A stretch of DNA of 64,000 nucleotides from the NCBI RefSeq assembly GCF_009914755.1, contig NC_060927.1. One strand, given 5' to 3'. Position numbers and translations under genes: made by a program. This document shows, piece by piece, positions 25,395 through 38,554 of this stretch. Within the stretch, counting starts at the first letter, position 1. Each line of letters begins with the position of its first letter. This stretch comes from the human T2T-CHM13v2.0 reference genome, Homo sapiens. The notes beneath the pieces were generated by a model. It made no database searches. It had not been told where the DNA came from and saw nothing but the letters and a program-made list of their open reading frames with translations.

Positions 25395-26698
25395 ATGGAC
25401 CAGGCCTGTATATCTTTTTCTAATTTCTGATTCTCATTTATTTTATATCCCTCTCCCCTAAAAGGAAAATGCCCTTATTGACATTTTCCAGTCTGTCACC
25501 ACCAGGAATTCTTAATAAATTTTGGATGTGCCATCAGAAACTTCAACACGTTTATGACTCTAATAACTCCCTACTTCAACCTATAACAGATTTCACTAAG
25601 ATCTCGTCTCAAACCACCTGTAAAAATTGCACTGTTGTACCCTTCTATTGAAGGCTTCTGTTGAAGGCTTCTGTTGAAGGCTTCTGATGAAGCTTCTGTT
25701 GAAGCTTCCTCATTTACCCTTAACTCCTCTTCTTTGCCTTACCTTGTTAGTGGCCTCCTAATTCTGCCTCGGGGATTTTCAATAAATTGTTACTTCTAAA
25801 TTGTTCATTCAGACTCCCTAACATTTGTAGAAAAATTATTGTAACTGATTTAAGGATGAGGGGTTATTATAGCTTACAGTGATACAATTGGCCCTGGTTC
25901 AATTCTACCTTATACAGAAAAATCACAGATGAAAGAAGTGTCTGAGCTCCTATTGGGTATATTTACTTTTGTGTGTGACACATCTCAGAATGTGCCCCCA
26001 AATGTGTATGCATTTAAAGGCCAATGAGTGTTGGCATATTTGTGATACATAATTGACAACTGACATCTGAAACCAATCACTGGAATAACCAATGGATTAG
26101 CTCCCTCTCAGTACATCAAAGGGTCAAACATGAGTAACCTGGTGAGTTGTGGGCCTCTGGATTTGCCAGATCTTTTGTATCATGGTATGGTGTAGCCACT
26201 AATGAATAAATAAGAAATTTATCTCCTACCCTAGGAATTCTTGCAGACTCTGCTGTGATGGCTATTGCTTTGTAACAGCATTTGTTAGCTTCTACTGTAA
26301 GGGTAGTCTTAGATAACAGGATTGCTCTTGATCATTTGTTAGCTGAGTAAAATAGTACCTGTGCTAATGCAACATGCTGTACCTGGATAAATTCCTCTGG
26401 GAAAGTTGAGGCTCAGTTATATCATATAAAAGAATAAGCCATCTGAATATAAAAAGTCTTACCCAGTTCCTCTTCGTCATTTGATCTGTTCAGTTGGTTG
26501 CCTGTAAATCTAGGTTCATGGCTCAAAACCATAATGCAAACTGGAATTGTAATATTGCTATTATATTTGCTTTATATTTTTCTTTTTAAAATTTTTGCCT
26601 GTTTCCTGTTAAATCTCTTCAGAAATTCAACTCCTGAAAAAATAATTTTGGCCCAGTGCTTTGAGATGATAGTGCCATGTAAGAGTAATCAAACTTAA
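25395..26698 (+). pseudogene. Degraded gamma-type env of the MER34-like provirus
   Basis: SU FWMCH (decayed CWxC); furin site decayed to RVKH (26120-26131); ISD VVLDNRIALDHLLAE* (from 26303); C-x4-CC-TWINSSGKVE; DLFSWLP plus hydrophobic TM anchor (ORF 26498-26698). Confidence 0.9.
25642..25708. repeat. 12-13 bp minisatellite (CTTCTGTTGAAG[G]) x~5 inside env
   Basis: cttctattgaagg cttctgttgaagg cttctgttgaagg cttctgatgaag cttctgttgaag cttc. Confidence 0.95.
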
Positions 26699-26932
26699 TG
26701 ATGCAATCTACATTAACTAAGACTGAGAGCTTCTCTTTCTGTATTCATTGTTGCTCAAAAGTGATTAAAAGGGTCTTGACACTGACTTTCAACTATTCAT
26801 TATCTTTCCTGATGTGGACCCGACCAATTAACTAGGACAGGTCCATTCTGGCACCAAGGGGCACTCACAACCTGATTACAACATGAATTAATAGGATGCT
26901 CTTGAAGAAATACCTAGACCAAAAGAGGGAAA

Positions 26933-27471
26933 TGTGAAAGTTGCAGCTATCAACTTGAAGTCATTAGTCAAACCCACACAAATTGTGGCTGGGAGAACAT
27001 GAAGGAGAAAACCTCATACTTACCTGTTTGAGATGAAAGAAAAAAATATCTTGAAAATGGCCCCACAAGAAGTCCCTTCATGTTCTTCATGTTCTCCCAC
27101 TTTTCATGGCTTGCAGGTTATGTGCACACTTCTGCACATATTTCTGTGACAAGGTTTATGACTAGACATTCTTTAGGGCTTCAGCAATTCAGATAAGATG
27201 CTCCAGAAAATAACATTTGTCCTGTAACAGCATCTCCACCAATCAACTGATGACAATTCTGGCTTTGAGCATCTGGGACTAATGAACTCTGTTTGTCAGC
27301 AGGTTATGTGAACTTCTCCCTTTCGCCAATAAAAGCTTCACCTATACTCTTCCCTTGAAGGACGCACCTGTAACGTGCCAAAATCATGCTTCTATAATAT
27401 AAACTTTTACAAAGATTCCCAAATGTATTCAACATATTTGGTAATATTTTTCTCTGATTTTTAGGTGGATA
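26933..27471 (+). mobile_element. 3' LTR of the provirus (MER34-like)
   Basis: Follows the PPT; tgtgaaagttgca...tttttaggtggata; homologous to the 5' LTR. Confidence 0.88.
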
Positions 27472-28604
27472 TTATTGAAAACCAAAATTCAAAGAGAAAT
27501 AAACTCTTGTCTATATAAATTCAATTTCTAACTCTACAGGTGGATGTTGCCACCAAATTTACTCTTAATTTACTTTATCCTTCTGTTTTGAGTTTCTTGG
27601 TAGCAGATGATGATAATTAAGACAGGTGAAACTCATAATGTCTGAAAATGAGCCAGTTTTTTGCTGAAATATCTGTGTGGAAGTAGTATAGAAGCAAAAC
27701 AAACTGGTTGAATATCTAATCATAAAAATGGTAATACAATCCCTTATATAATTGTGGCATCAACAATTATGCCTAATTCCCTTATTATGTTGATTGTGTC
27801 ATACCTACCCTTGTTGTATTTAGTTGTGTGAGAGAGTACTCTTGGAAGGATAGTAAATATTAATTGGTATAATAATTAATTGAAATATTTAATTATAAAG
27901 TTTCATTGCATTTAATGATTCCCAACTCTATATGATTTTCTAGCTTTGTTATTGCTCTGATATTTTTTAATGTTAAATATATGGCTTAGCATTGGTGAGA
28001 TATCAAGTGTTTTTTCCTTCTGGAAGATAGATTTAAAATTTTAAGTATAAGCATTGTTAATTTATGAAATATCATAACTACCAGGAAAATGGCTCCAAAA
28101 TTAGAAAAAGAAATGAAGATATTACTGAAGTAAACTGTTATGCTAGAAACAGAATTGAGGCTGATATGTGATCAAAATTAAAATATAATACAGTTTGCTA
28201 GTATAAATGTCAATGATATTTGTGAAAACTAAATTAGATTTATTCCTTTAAATATCTTAATGTTGTGGGATTTTACTTAACTTAAGAATCCTGGCTGGGA
28301 ATTTTTTTCTTTTTTGCTTTTTTACTAAAATGTACTTATTATTTCACTGGGAAAAAGTGTACATTAATATAGCAAACATTGTGCTCTAAAGCTGCTAAAT
28401 AACGATTTCAAACTACTGTGTGAATAGGGGAAAATGTGTTTCCCTATTAATCACCCTTAAGTTATAAAGAAAGATATTTTATATATTTCCATTGATATGA
28501 CAATCAATGGGAGTATTTCCTAATGTTTTAATTGAACACCTTTTGTTCAATTAAAAGGAGACAAAAAGGTATCTGACTCTGTAAGATTTCAAGGTAAGGA
28601 GGCT

Positions 28605-28920
28605 ACCTTCTGTGCAGAATAGACTTTTCTATAGATATTTTAAGGATCCTCATTAGGGAGTGCACTTGAGAACAATACCTACAAAGGTGTAAGAGACACA
28701 AGACAGGGCAGAGGAAGAAGGTGAACTCTGATGCCCTTATGCCAGCCATGCCAACCAATCTAATAAGGAGTTGACCTCTCAGGCATTACCTCAAATGAGC
28801 CACAGGGATTTGGCATTTGTGTGTTTGTATCAGCAAGTCCCTGGATGCAAGCTGCTCCCAGGTAAAGGGACTAACCTTGGGAAAGGTATTCCCTTTGGTC
28901 AGGGCAATTTCTGGGGAAAT
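28605..28920 (-). mobile_element. LTR16-family (ERVL) LTR fragment
   Basis: agggagtgcacttgagaacaatacctacaaagg...gggcagaggaagaaggtgaactctgatgc...ggatgcaagctgctcccagg. Confidence 0.65.
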
Positions 28921-29169
28921 TGCCTTGATCCTTCAATATCTAAAATGATTTTTAAGAATTAAAATGATTTAAGTATACTTTTATTTGATATTATTGTCTT
29001 GTAGTGAATACAACTCCTCTTAAGTGTTTTCCAGGAGTCTTATCCTGGGATACGCTTTGGTGATAAAGAGATGACTCAGGCATTGTGATTTTTGCTCTCA
29101 AGAAAGAATGCTGTAAGAAGAAATGTTATGCTTCTATGCAAATAAGTGCAATAAAAATGGGCTTAAATG

Positions 29170-29400
29170 AGTAATTTCAGCCACAGAGATGACTTTCCTC
29201 CTTGAGGCACATGGCAAAATCTGGAGACATATTTGCTTGTTGAAATTTGATGGGATGCTACTACCCTGCTAGAGATCAGAGTCCTGAGATGTGGCTAACC
29301 GTCTTCAGTGAGCGATCCCTCCAAACCGCTCAATCAACAGTCCCTCAAAATAAAATTTTTCTAAACCCAAATGTCAGTAGCGCTAACGTTGAAAACCCTG
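29170..29400. mobile_element. MER20 (hAT-Charlie) DNA transposon
   Basis: ggcaaaatctggagacatattt...cccaaatgtcagtagcgctaacgttgaaaaccctg terminus. Confidence 0.8.
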
Positions 29401-29796
29401 ACCTAGATTCTTTGACTAAAGTATGTATTGGACACAGTAAAATAGACAGAAATATTGAGTTTTGTTTAAAAATGACTAATAGAAGAAGTAATAGAAAGGT
29501 GTTCTTTATGTGGGGAAGGTGGGGGATAGAATTCCAGGTATAGCAATAAGGACAAAGATGCATGAAATAGTCAATGTGTCTGGAATGCTGTGAGCAGAAG
29601 AGTAGTTCAGGTTGATGTCATAGGCTTATTCAACGCCAGAGAAATAAATTTAGATTTCATTCTAAGTGTTGAACAAAGGTATGGGTTGGTTTAATGCTAG
29701 TTGGCCTGCTTTCCTTAACCTAGTAATCTCTATGCACACAACATTTGCCTTCTTTTATTGGATGTTCTCTTATCTCCTTTATTTTTATTTTTTTTT

Positions 29797-29890
29797 AAGC
29801 AAAAGCAAGTTTCTTAGAGAAGTAAAGAAACAACAAAAACAAAAAATGACTACTCTATAGAACGAGCAGTAATGAGGGCTGCAGGTTGGG
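29797..29890 (-). mobile_element. MER4-group LTR fragment
   Basis: aaagcaagtttcttagagaagtaaagaaacaa...atgactactctatagaacgagcag...agggctgcaggttgg. Confidence 0.65.
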
Positions 29891-31056
29891 ATGATGATCT
29901 CTTATCTATCGCATTCACCCTACTCCCTGGCTTCTGATTAGGCATTGGACATTTCCATTCTGGAGTAGAGTCTGGTATGATGTCTCTTTTATAGCTCCTC
30001 AGATCTGAAATGGATAGAAGAAGAAAGAAAATTATTGACAAGTCAGAAACATTCAATGTAAGAGAAATTAACCAGTTACTTGTGGGTTAGTGTCATAACT
30101 CTCTTATGCTGATGTACGTTGAATCAAAGACTACTTCCGTCTTTAAAAATTTGTATGGAGAGTCACATTTTGACAGGCTAAACTTTCTCTCCCATTCCCC
30201 TTACGTCTTCATTAACTTTGGTATCTGAACTGGCACATTATTTTTTAAAGCCCACTTAAATCAGTGAGTGTTAGTATTCTAAATAGATAACTATCATCAT
30301 CCCTCTGAACTAGAATGTGTTGCTTCCTTATCAATAGTGTATTACCTTTAAAAAGCATTACTCCTTGGTATGCAGGTCAACTGCAGAATTTCTATCAGGA
30401 AAGAGAGGAGACATCTGGGTCTAAAGAATCACTGAAATTTATTCCATTGGTTTGTATGTATCAACAAATTATTTAAAATACTTACAAATTGGTACAATCT
30501 TCTGATGATAATATATATATAAGTCTTGCCTGACTTTTATTTTTTGACCACCAAGCCTACTTGGAATTTCTTGTGAAATAAGAAAAGCTATAAACTGTTT
30601 TTGCAAGGAGAAATGTTAGCAATATTAAATGTAATCATGTTACTAGGTTGACAATATTACCTGTAAGGCAGTTATTAATTTTGATTTTGTTGCTTTATAT
30701 AAACATTTTAAAACCAATTTATTTTTCACTTCCTGAATCAACCATCATCATCATACCTTCAGAAGCTTACAAAAATTAGCGCCTACATGTGTAAAGTGAT
30801 CATAAAATATATACTAAGTGGCTCTGTCCGTATCCTTTGCTATGAAAAGTCCACCTGTAGGAGTCTTTACTAAAAAAAACAATAGAAATGAGTATAATAG
30901 TTAGTCTATAAATATACTTATTGTCAAATATTTATTATCTATAATAGCAAAATAATATTTTAATGAGATGTTTTATACATAAAGTTCATATTTATAATAG
31001 AATATCATGTAGTAATTGAAAGTAATTGTAGAATTTTATTGCCTACAGAACAATAA

Positions 31057-31242
<186 letters not shown>

Positions 31243-33412
31243 TAAAATATTAGTTTTTTAAAACACAATTTGTGAAATAGTAACCATTTGCTGGATTCTT
31301 TTATAACATATTCATAAGTATATCAAGTCTGAAGGGTATGCATCGACATGTTTTAAAAGAGTATTAATATGTGGTAAAATGTTTTGTGGTTTTGTCTTAC
31401 TATGAGCATATGTTAGTTTTTAATAAAATATTTTTCAAATTAAAGGAAAAAGAGCACTGACTAACCATCAAGAGTAAAAAAGTGATTAAAAATAAACAGA
31501 AAACTATGAACAAGAATAAGGGATTTAATTTTTACATTCTAATAATATTCCCAAGCCATTTTATTGCATATACTGTATAAACAAATTAAAATATAATTAT
31601 ATTAGCATTTAGTACACTATTGTACTTTTCCTTTCTTTTTCAATTTGGAATTACTTCATTCCCAAATGACTGCTTATTGATTGCTCACTCCCACCCATTC
31701 AATTTATGCCTTTCTAGTCATAGTGTCCTAAATTAAGTGTTCGTGACTTTATGCGTATTTGTTCCTTATTGAGAGTTCACACTTCTCGTTAGGGATAGGA
31801 AGCAAATGAGATTTTTATACATGAATTATGCAGCAATCCTTATTTAGTGATTTCTTCTTCAGGGACTTAACCAAGGCAGGGACTGTCGAAGTGGTACATA
31901 CTTTTGAAGAAGAGTATTTTATTGCTGACATTGTTTACAATTGATAACACATGGTGGTAATACAAAGCAGACTAAAATTTAGTAGGTTTATTATTGCTTT
32001 TATATTGTCTACTGACAATGCTGCCCCAAATGGCTATTCATAATTTGAACTGCTCCCAACCCATTCCCTTAGTATACTGCTGTGCTTGTTCAAAGCATGT
32101 GTGAATTTCAAAATTCATGAATAAAATTGTTACGTGTTAATTGTGTAATGATATGTAAGCTTGTAAGCTCTCTTGAGGAGCTAAATTGGACACCTGAAAC
32201 CATAATTAACTGAAGTTCCAAATTAGCAATTTGTGAATTAAAATTTATGATAAAATTGCCAATGTAGCATGAAAATCCTACTGGTCTAAAAGAATTCTGC
32301 TATTCATCAAATATTTTGTTGAGCACCCACTTTGTTGAGTTTAAAAATACAACTATAAATATGATAGCTGTGACCGCTGTTCTCAAAGAAACTTTTACAG
32401 TAAGGTTAAGTAGAGATCAGGTAAGGAATTCTAAGAGTTTTGAGTTCTAGTTAAGGTAAATATTTAGTGCTACAGTTATAAAGGAAGATGATGCCAAAAG
32501 AAGAATCACATTTTAAGCTTCGGTGAGTACGGCTAACTCTACAATGTAAATACAAGGGACAATACAAAATGGTTCATAATTCAAATCTTATGTTTCAAAA
32601 ATTTATTATTATTGCTCTTTAGCATGGTTATACATAATGAATTCCTAGTATGTAATAATTTAAACAAAATAATGACACTATGGAAAACCAGAAGAGCTAT
32701 ATGATTTTCTGAATTATATTCCATATATAAGAATCCTAGTTTCTCCTTTCTGAGAATAGCCTTTTTATTACAGATACAATATAACAAGTCCAGAGTTCAT
32801 TTTCTTGATTTTTATTGGCATTGTCATTATGGTTCACACTTCCCTGAGGCCACAAAACTTCTTTACTTTGAAAAGATTTTCTTTCTATTGGATAAATGTA
32901 AATAATGATAATGTTAAATATTTAATTAATCAGAATAGATGAATTAAAAAACAGAGCAGGATTTGCCATTTAGATAGTCTGAATCCTGATACAGAAAAAT
33001 GAACTCTCTCTTAAGTAGGAAAAAAGTAAAATAACAGGTTCACTGTAATGGCTTGCTAATTGAAAGTAATAATAGAACAATTAAAAATAGAATTATCTAC
33101 TATAAACATAAATTTGGTGAAACAACTACTGGGGCACAAAAGCCTCTAGGAAATGCTCACTTCTTCTGGTCCATGTGGTGTGATAAACATTTATAACTTT
33201 TAAAATTACTCTTTGACTAGCAGATATGTAGTCCACATTTTTAAATTTCTATTAATTTTAAGTTGGAATTAAAATTCACATCATGAGAATGATGCATATC
33301 CAAATAAGGAACCATATGGCAGGCTTTTCTTTGGAAAAAGCTTTTCACATGCCCCAAACACACATACACTCAGTGTCCTAATTTGTGAGTTTCTTTTTAA
33401 ATGTTGCTTTTT

Positions 33413-34197
33413 AACTCAGCATTACTGATGATTAGAGAAATGCAAATCAAAACCACAATGAGATACCATCTTGCACCAGTCAGAATGGCTATCATTAAAA
33501 AGTCAAAAAACAACAGATGCTGGAGAGGTTGTGAAGAAAAAAGAACACTTATATACTGTCAGTGGGAGTGTAAATTAGTTCAGCCATGAGGAAAGCAGTG
33601 CAGTGATTCCTCAAAGAGCTAAAAACAGAACTACCATTTGAGCCAGCAATCCCATTACTGGGTATATGCCCAATGGACTATAAATCATTCCATCATAAAG
33701 ACACATGCATGCATATGTTAATTGCAGCACTATTTACAATAGCAAAGACATGGAATCAATCCAAATGCCCATCAATGGTAGAGTGGATTTAAAAAAAAAA
33801 ATTCACACATATACACCATGGAATATTACGCAGCCACTAAAAAGAACAAGATCATGTCCTTTGCAGGAACATGGATAGAGCAGGAGGCCCTTTGCTTTAG
33901 CAAACTAATGCAGGAACAAGAAACCAAATACTGCCTATTCTCACTTATAAATGGGAGCTAAATGATGAGAACACATGGACCCAAGGAGAGAAACAACAGA
34001 CAATGGAATCTACTTAAGGGTAGAGGGTGGGAGCAGGAAAAGGATCAGAAGAAATAACTACAGGGCACGAGGCTTAACAACTGTGTTATGAATTAATTTG
34101 TACAACTAACTATTGTGACATGAGTTTAGCATATAACAAACCTGTACATGTACCCCTGAACTTAAAATAAAAGTTTAAAAATAAAAAAAAAAAAAAA
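33413..34197 (+). mobile_element. L1 3' end (L1PA15/16-like)
   Basis: ORF2 C-terminal [14 protein letters not shown]...RCWRGC, 3'UTR, aataaaag and poly(A). Confidence 0.93.
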
Positions 34198-34636
34198 CAA
34201 CAGAAGATGTCTGGGTTTAAAAATGATGACCAAGTATATTTATCTCCTCTTTTTAATGTCTAATGTAAGAGATTTTAAAAATAGCACATGTCTAAACCTA
34301 GAACTGAGATAAATTTGAATTGACTAAGATGGCATTTCTTTCATTTTGGAAAATAGGAGCAGGAAATATAAATTAAATTAAATTATGGTAAAACAAAAAT
34401 AAATACATTTTTGCATGACTGAAAAAAGATAAAAATAAAAGTCGCTTCTAGAGACTAGCAGCAACAGGTGTATACTCTGTGCAGAAAAGCTATGGTAAGC
34501 ACTGATAGTGATATTTTGGTAACAATAGGTTCTATTTTTAAAATACACACCACGTATTTTCATAAAAATGTCTCATCAAGGATTATTTATGGACAAATTA
34601 AAGATATCAAATTATATATCATTTAAAAACTGAATT

Positions 34637-35030
34637 TGTTGCTAGTTATCTATCAATGTGTAAGAAATTAACACAAACATGCAGCTTCAAACAACACCCA
34701 TTCATGATCTCACTGGTTCTGGGGGTGAGGAGTCCAGGCATGGCATGGTGACTTATTTTGTAAAGCTGCAACCCAGGTGGTAAGTTTCCAGGCTGTCAGA
34801 CTGAGTGCTTCGGTTTTCATGTGGCTACTGGCAAGAGATTTCTACCGTTTTTGCCATGCGCATATCTTCATAGGCAACTCAAAACATGTGAGCCTACTTC
34901 TTCAAAGACAGCAAAGCAGTATCTGCTCACCACAAATATATTTCATTCTTTTTACTTTTAACATAAAGAACATATATTTTGTATGTTATTTGTGCCCATA
35001 TTGTGTGACTTAAATCCTAGGAATGACCTA
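34637..35030 (-). mobile_element. MLT1-family LTR (deleted/degenerate)
   Basis: tagttatctatcaatgtgtaagaaatta...aaacaacacccattcatgatctcactggttctgggggtgaggagtccaggcatggc. Confidence 0.7.
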
Positions 35031-35213
35031 AACCATTGGATCCATATGAGAGTAGTAGTAAAGGTAGTAGTTCCTGAGATTCTCCGTTAAGAGAAAATCT
35101 ACATTGGTGATAATTAGTGTGGAGATGGATGTGCTAGTGGTAGTAGTAGTGAGAAATAATTATTATAAATGTCTATTTATAGTTTAAAAACACAGTTAAT
35201 GTATCTATGATAT

Positions 35214-35634
35214 TGTGGCAGACACTGCTGCTTTTCTATTCCAAGAGACATTTCTAATCATATTTGCTCTTATAATATTTTTGTATATCACCTAGAAAGC
35301 CATGTAGTTACTTTTCTAGTCTATCTTGCCACTAGTTGTAGCCAAATTACCCACTTTTGGCACACAACAAATAAGATGATACATTTTGTGATGAGAATGC
35401 TTTGGGGAAAGCTTCTACTTTTCTGATGAAAACAGAAACCATACTTGGCATATCCCTTCTCTTTTTTTCCAGCTTGAAGGTAAAAACCATCCTGCAACAT
35501 TACTGAATTTTTGAGATAATCAGAGAAATATCAGCGGTGATGCTGTTTGAGCTGCTGGAAGAATGGCAATAACATTTTATATCTGTGGTACTGGCTATTC
35601 TGTTTCTCGCAACTAAGTGAAATCTTAACCAACA
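35214..35634 (+). mobile_element. MLT1 (J/I-like) LTR
   Basis: Starts tgtggcagacactgctg; ends ctattctgtttctcgcaactaagtgaaatcttaaccaaca. Confidence 0.6.
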
Positions 35635-35779
35635 GGAATTTATAATGCAAACCACAGAAATAACACCAAGCAAAGATAGCATTAAATAAATCATGGATTA
35701 AAATAATTCATAAATACGAATTTACAAAATATTAGAGGTCTATATTTTCCAAGTAGGTATCTTCTGTTAAGAGTTTTTC

Positions 35780-35946
35780 ACTGTTTCTTAAATTAAACTC
35801 TAATGTTTATTTGAATGCCTGGGGATCTCGGTAAAATGGAAATTCTGATTCTACAGGCTTGTCATAGAGCCTGATAGCTTGTGTTTCTCACATGTTCCTA
35901 GATGATGCCAATGCTAGTTGTCCAGAATATACTGTGAGTAGGAAGT
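35780..35946. mobile_element. MER5 (A/B) hAT-Charlie DNA transposon
   Basis: gcctggggatctcggtaaaatggaaattctgattctacaggc...gatgatgccaatgctagttgtccagaatatactgtgagtag. Confidence 0.75.
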
Positions 35947-35986
35947 TCTAAGGAACTAATTTTTCTTGCTATCTAATTTCTTTAAA

Positions 35987-36365
35987 TATTATTTTTTAAA
36001 TTTTGTATAGAATTACGAGGTACAAGTGCAGTTTGTTTATGTAACTATATTGCACAGTGGTAAACTGTAGGTTTTTGGTGTACCCAGTACCCAAACAATT
36101 ACCTTGTACCCAAAAGGTAATTTTTCAACCCTCGCCTCCCTCCCATCTTGTTACCTTTTGGGGACTCTGGTGTCTATTAGTCTATCCTGTATATCCATGT
36201 GTACCCATTATTTAGCTCCCACTTATCAGTGAGAAAATGTGGGATGACTTTCTGTTTCTCTGAGTTACCTTACTTTACATAGTGGCTTCTAGTTCTGAAC
36301 ATTTTGCTGCAAAAGACATAATTTCATTCTTTTTTGTGGTTCAACTGCTTTCCATGTTATAATAC
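35987..36365 (-). mobile_element. L1 3'UTR fragment (L1PB-like)
   Basis: ggtacaagtgcagtttgtttatgtaactatattgcacagtggt...tttagctcccacttatcagtgagaa. Confidence 0.88.
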
Positions 36366-37527
36366 CAATGAAAAAGGACACTTGGTTTAGTCTGTTTAGT
36401 TTTGTTTAGTTCATTGCTGTATCTCATTGTCCAAAATGTGTTCTTTCAAGTAAGAAATGCTGAAAACTTGCTTGTTTAAGAAAAAAAAAAAAAAAAAAAG
36501 CCCAGTTGAAGTGGGTAGTCAGTACAGAAATGAGCTGCTTCCTTGGAGGGAATAAAAGCCTGATTAAAATTGGTGTAAGAGATAATAAGAACTGAATAAA
36601 TGTAAGCTCTACATGTAAAAACTTCTCTGTACACATTTAGGAATGATGTGGAAGAATATCAGGGTCAAGGGAGGATAATTTTTATTTATAGCTATGTGAT
36701 TTTTTTTCTAAGATGAGAATTTAGTGTGTGTTTGTACTACAATGGGAATGATCCCATGCAGAGAAACAATCTGATGTTACAGATGTAAAAGGGAAACTTG
36801 CCAAAGCATGTGAGTGTCAGGTTGAAAAGGATAGATAGATTGTAGCAAATGGGTAAAAGAGTTTTCTTAGGAGCAAGGATGGTTCACCCAGAGATACTAC
36901 AGGGGAGAGTTAATATGTGTGTACAGATACAAATAATTTGTAGTGCTGGGAAAGTATTAAAATTATCTTTTAATTTCTGTAATTCTGTCTGTGAATTAAA
37001 ACAATTTGTAGTCAGCACAATGCATGGCCAGTTGTTTAAGGGAAAGGCAGGCACAATGAAAATTTTTAATAAGAATATAATATGCTAGTTAGAAACTGAT
37101 ATTAATAAGTACATAAAGAAAAGGATACAGCATACATTTTCTTCCTCTATATTGAGAGAGATTATCATGATTTAATTAAGATTATTATCATTATATAATA
37201 TTGTATAGTTTTCATGTCTTCATCTTGTACAAGTGTCAAACACACACAGTCTATCATATTAATTACCCATATCTTAGTTTGTTCCATATATGGAACAAAT
37301 CTACAGTAAAATGGCATACTATTCATTACCTTATTTAAAATTTTCTCTGACAAAAGTATGCCACATCCTAAGAAGTTTTGCATCTGTTAATTACAGTACT
37401 TAGAGTTCTTTGAATATCATAAGGCTAAGATACATTTTTTAAAAGATCATTTAATGTAAAATCATTCTTCCCCTACACCATTCTGCTTTACCTGTTGCGA
37501 GCTTCGTTGATTTCACAATTTTTAAAT

Positions 37528-37929
37528 TGCATATTTGTTTTTTTTGTTGTTGTTGGGATGTCATGATAAGTATCACAGATTTGGTGGCTTACACACAGGC
37601 ATATATTTGCTTACAATTCTGAAGGCTATAAATCCAAAGATCAAGGTGGTGGCAAGGTTTTAGTTTCTTCTGAGGCTTTTCTCTTTGACTTGTAAATGGC
37701 TGTCTTCTCCCTGTGTCTTCACATGGTCTACCCTCTGTGTGTGCCTATATGCAAATCTCTTTCTATATGGACACCAGTTCTATTGGAATAGGCCCACCCT
37801 AATGACTTAATTTTAATGTAATAATTTCTTTTTTAAAAATGTTATCTTCAAATGCAGACACATTCTTAGTGACTGGAGGTGAGGACTTTGACATACAAAT
37901 TTGGGTGGGATGCAAGTCAGCCTGTAACA
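37528..37929 (-). mobile_element. MLT1B-like MaLR solo LTR
   Basis: aagatcaaggtg...ttctccctgtgtcttcacatggtc...ggacaccagttctattgga...cagcctgtaaca. Confidence 0.85.
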
Positions 37930-38554
37930 CATACCTAAGGAATATAAGGCACTGTTTGGTGTTGTGTAAGTTACAAAGATTCAAATAAAGATACATACGA
38001 CACAGTCAAGGAATGTCTTTACACAAAAAGGGACACTAAAAGGTAAAATCCAAGTCCAATATAGTTTTTCTTCAAGAGATATATACTCATTCCTCTGGGT
38101 GTTGTCAAAGTATTGATGAATATTGCCATTGCCAAATACGTAAATGTTTGTGATCCAAAAATGAATGCTTAAACAAGCACAAAGATCTATTCCATTAATG
38201 TAACATTTTAAGTACAACTTTTAAAATATATTTATATCCTTTCAATTCCTTCCAGTGGCTGTCTCTGGTCATCATACTCAGTGCTTATAAGAGGAGGAAG
38301 CAACTGTGTTTTGGGCATTTTCATTTCCTTTTCAAAGTAAAAACTTAATAGTGGTCATCGTGCTTAAAACCAAAGCAAACATGATTGTTGAATTTAAGAA
38401 CAGCAGCATGTGACTCTCAAAGGCTAACTTCCTTTGAAATATATTATATTTACTTTGCTCTACGTAGTGTACATATGGTTTGCAAAACTTTAAAGAGTCA
38501 CGTTGGAAATAGTTTCCATCTGGAAAGATTAAAAAAAAAAAAAAACTATACTGA

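Larger units (their letters stand above)
19826..27471 (+). mobile_element. Ancient class I (ERV1) provirus, MER34 group: LTR-(gag deleted)-pro-pol-env-LTR, with nested insertions
   Basis: Two homologous LTRs both start tgtgaaagttgca; PPT aaaagagggaaa precedes the 3' LTR; 4-bp TSD tcat/ttat (1 mismatch); pro, RT, RNaseH, IN and env motifs in correct order. Confidence 0.9.

Noticed and set aside
25642-25708. CRISPR-like appearance of short palindromic repeats
   Set aside because: Units are directly adjacent with no unique spacers, there are no cas genes, and the DNA is primate.
25395-26698. Functional captured env (syncytin/HEMO-like gene)
   Set aside because: Multiple stops and frameshifts, a mutated furin site and an internal minisatellite; longest ORFs are only 60-66 aa.
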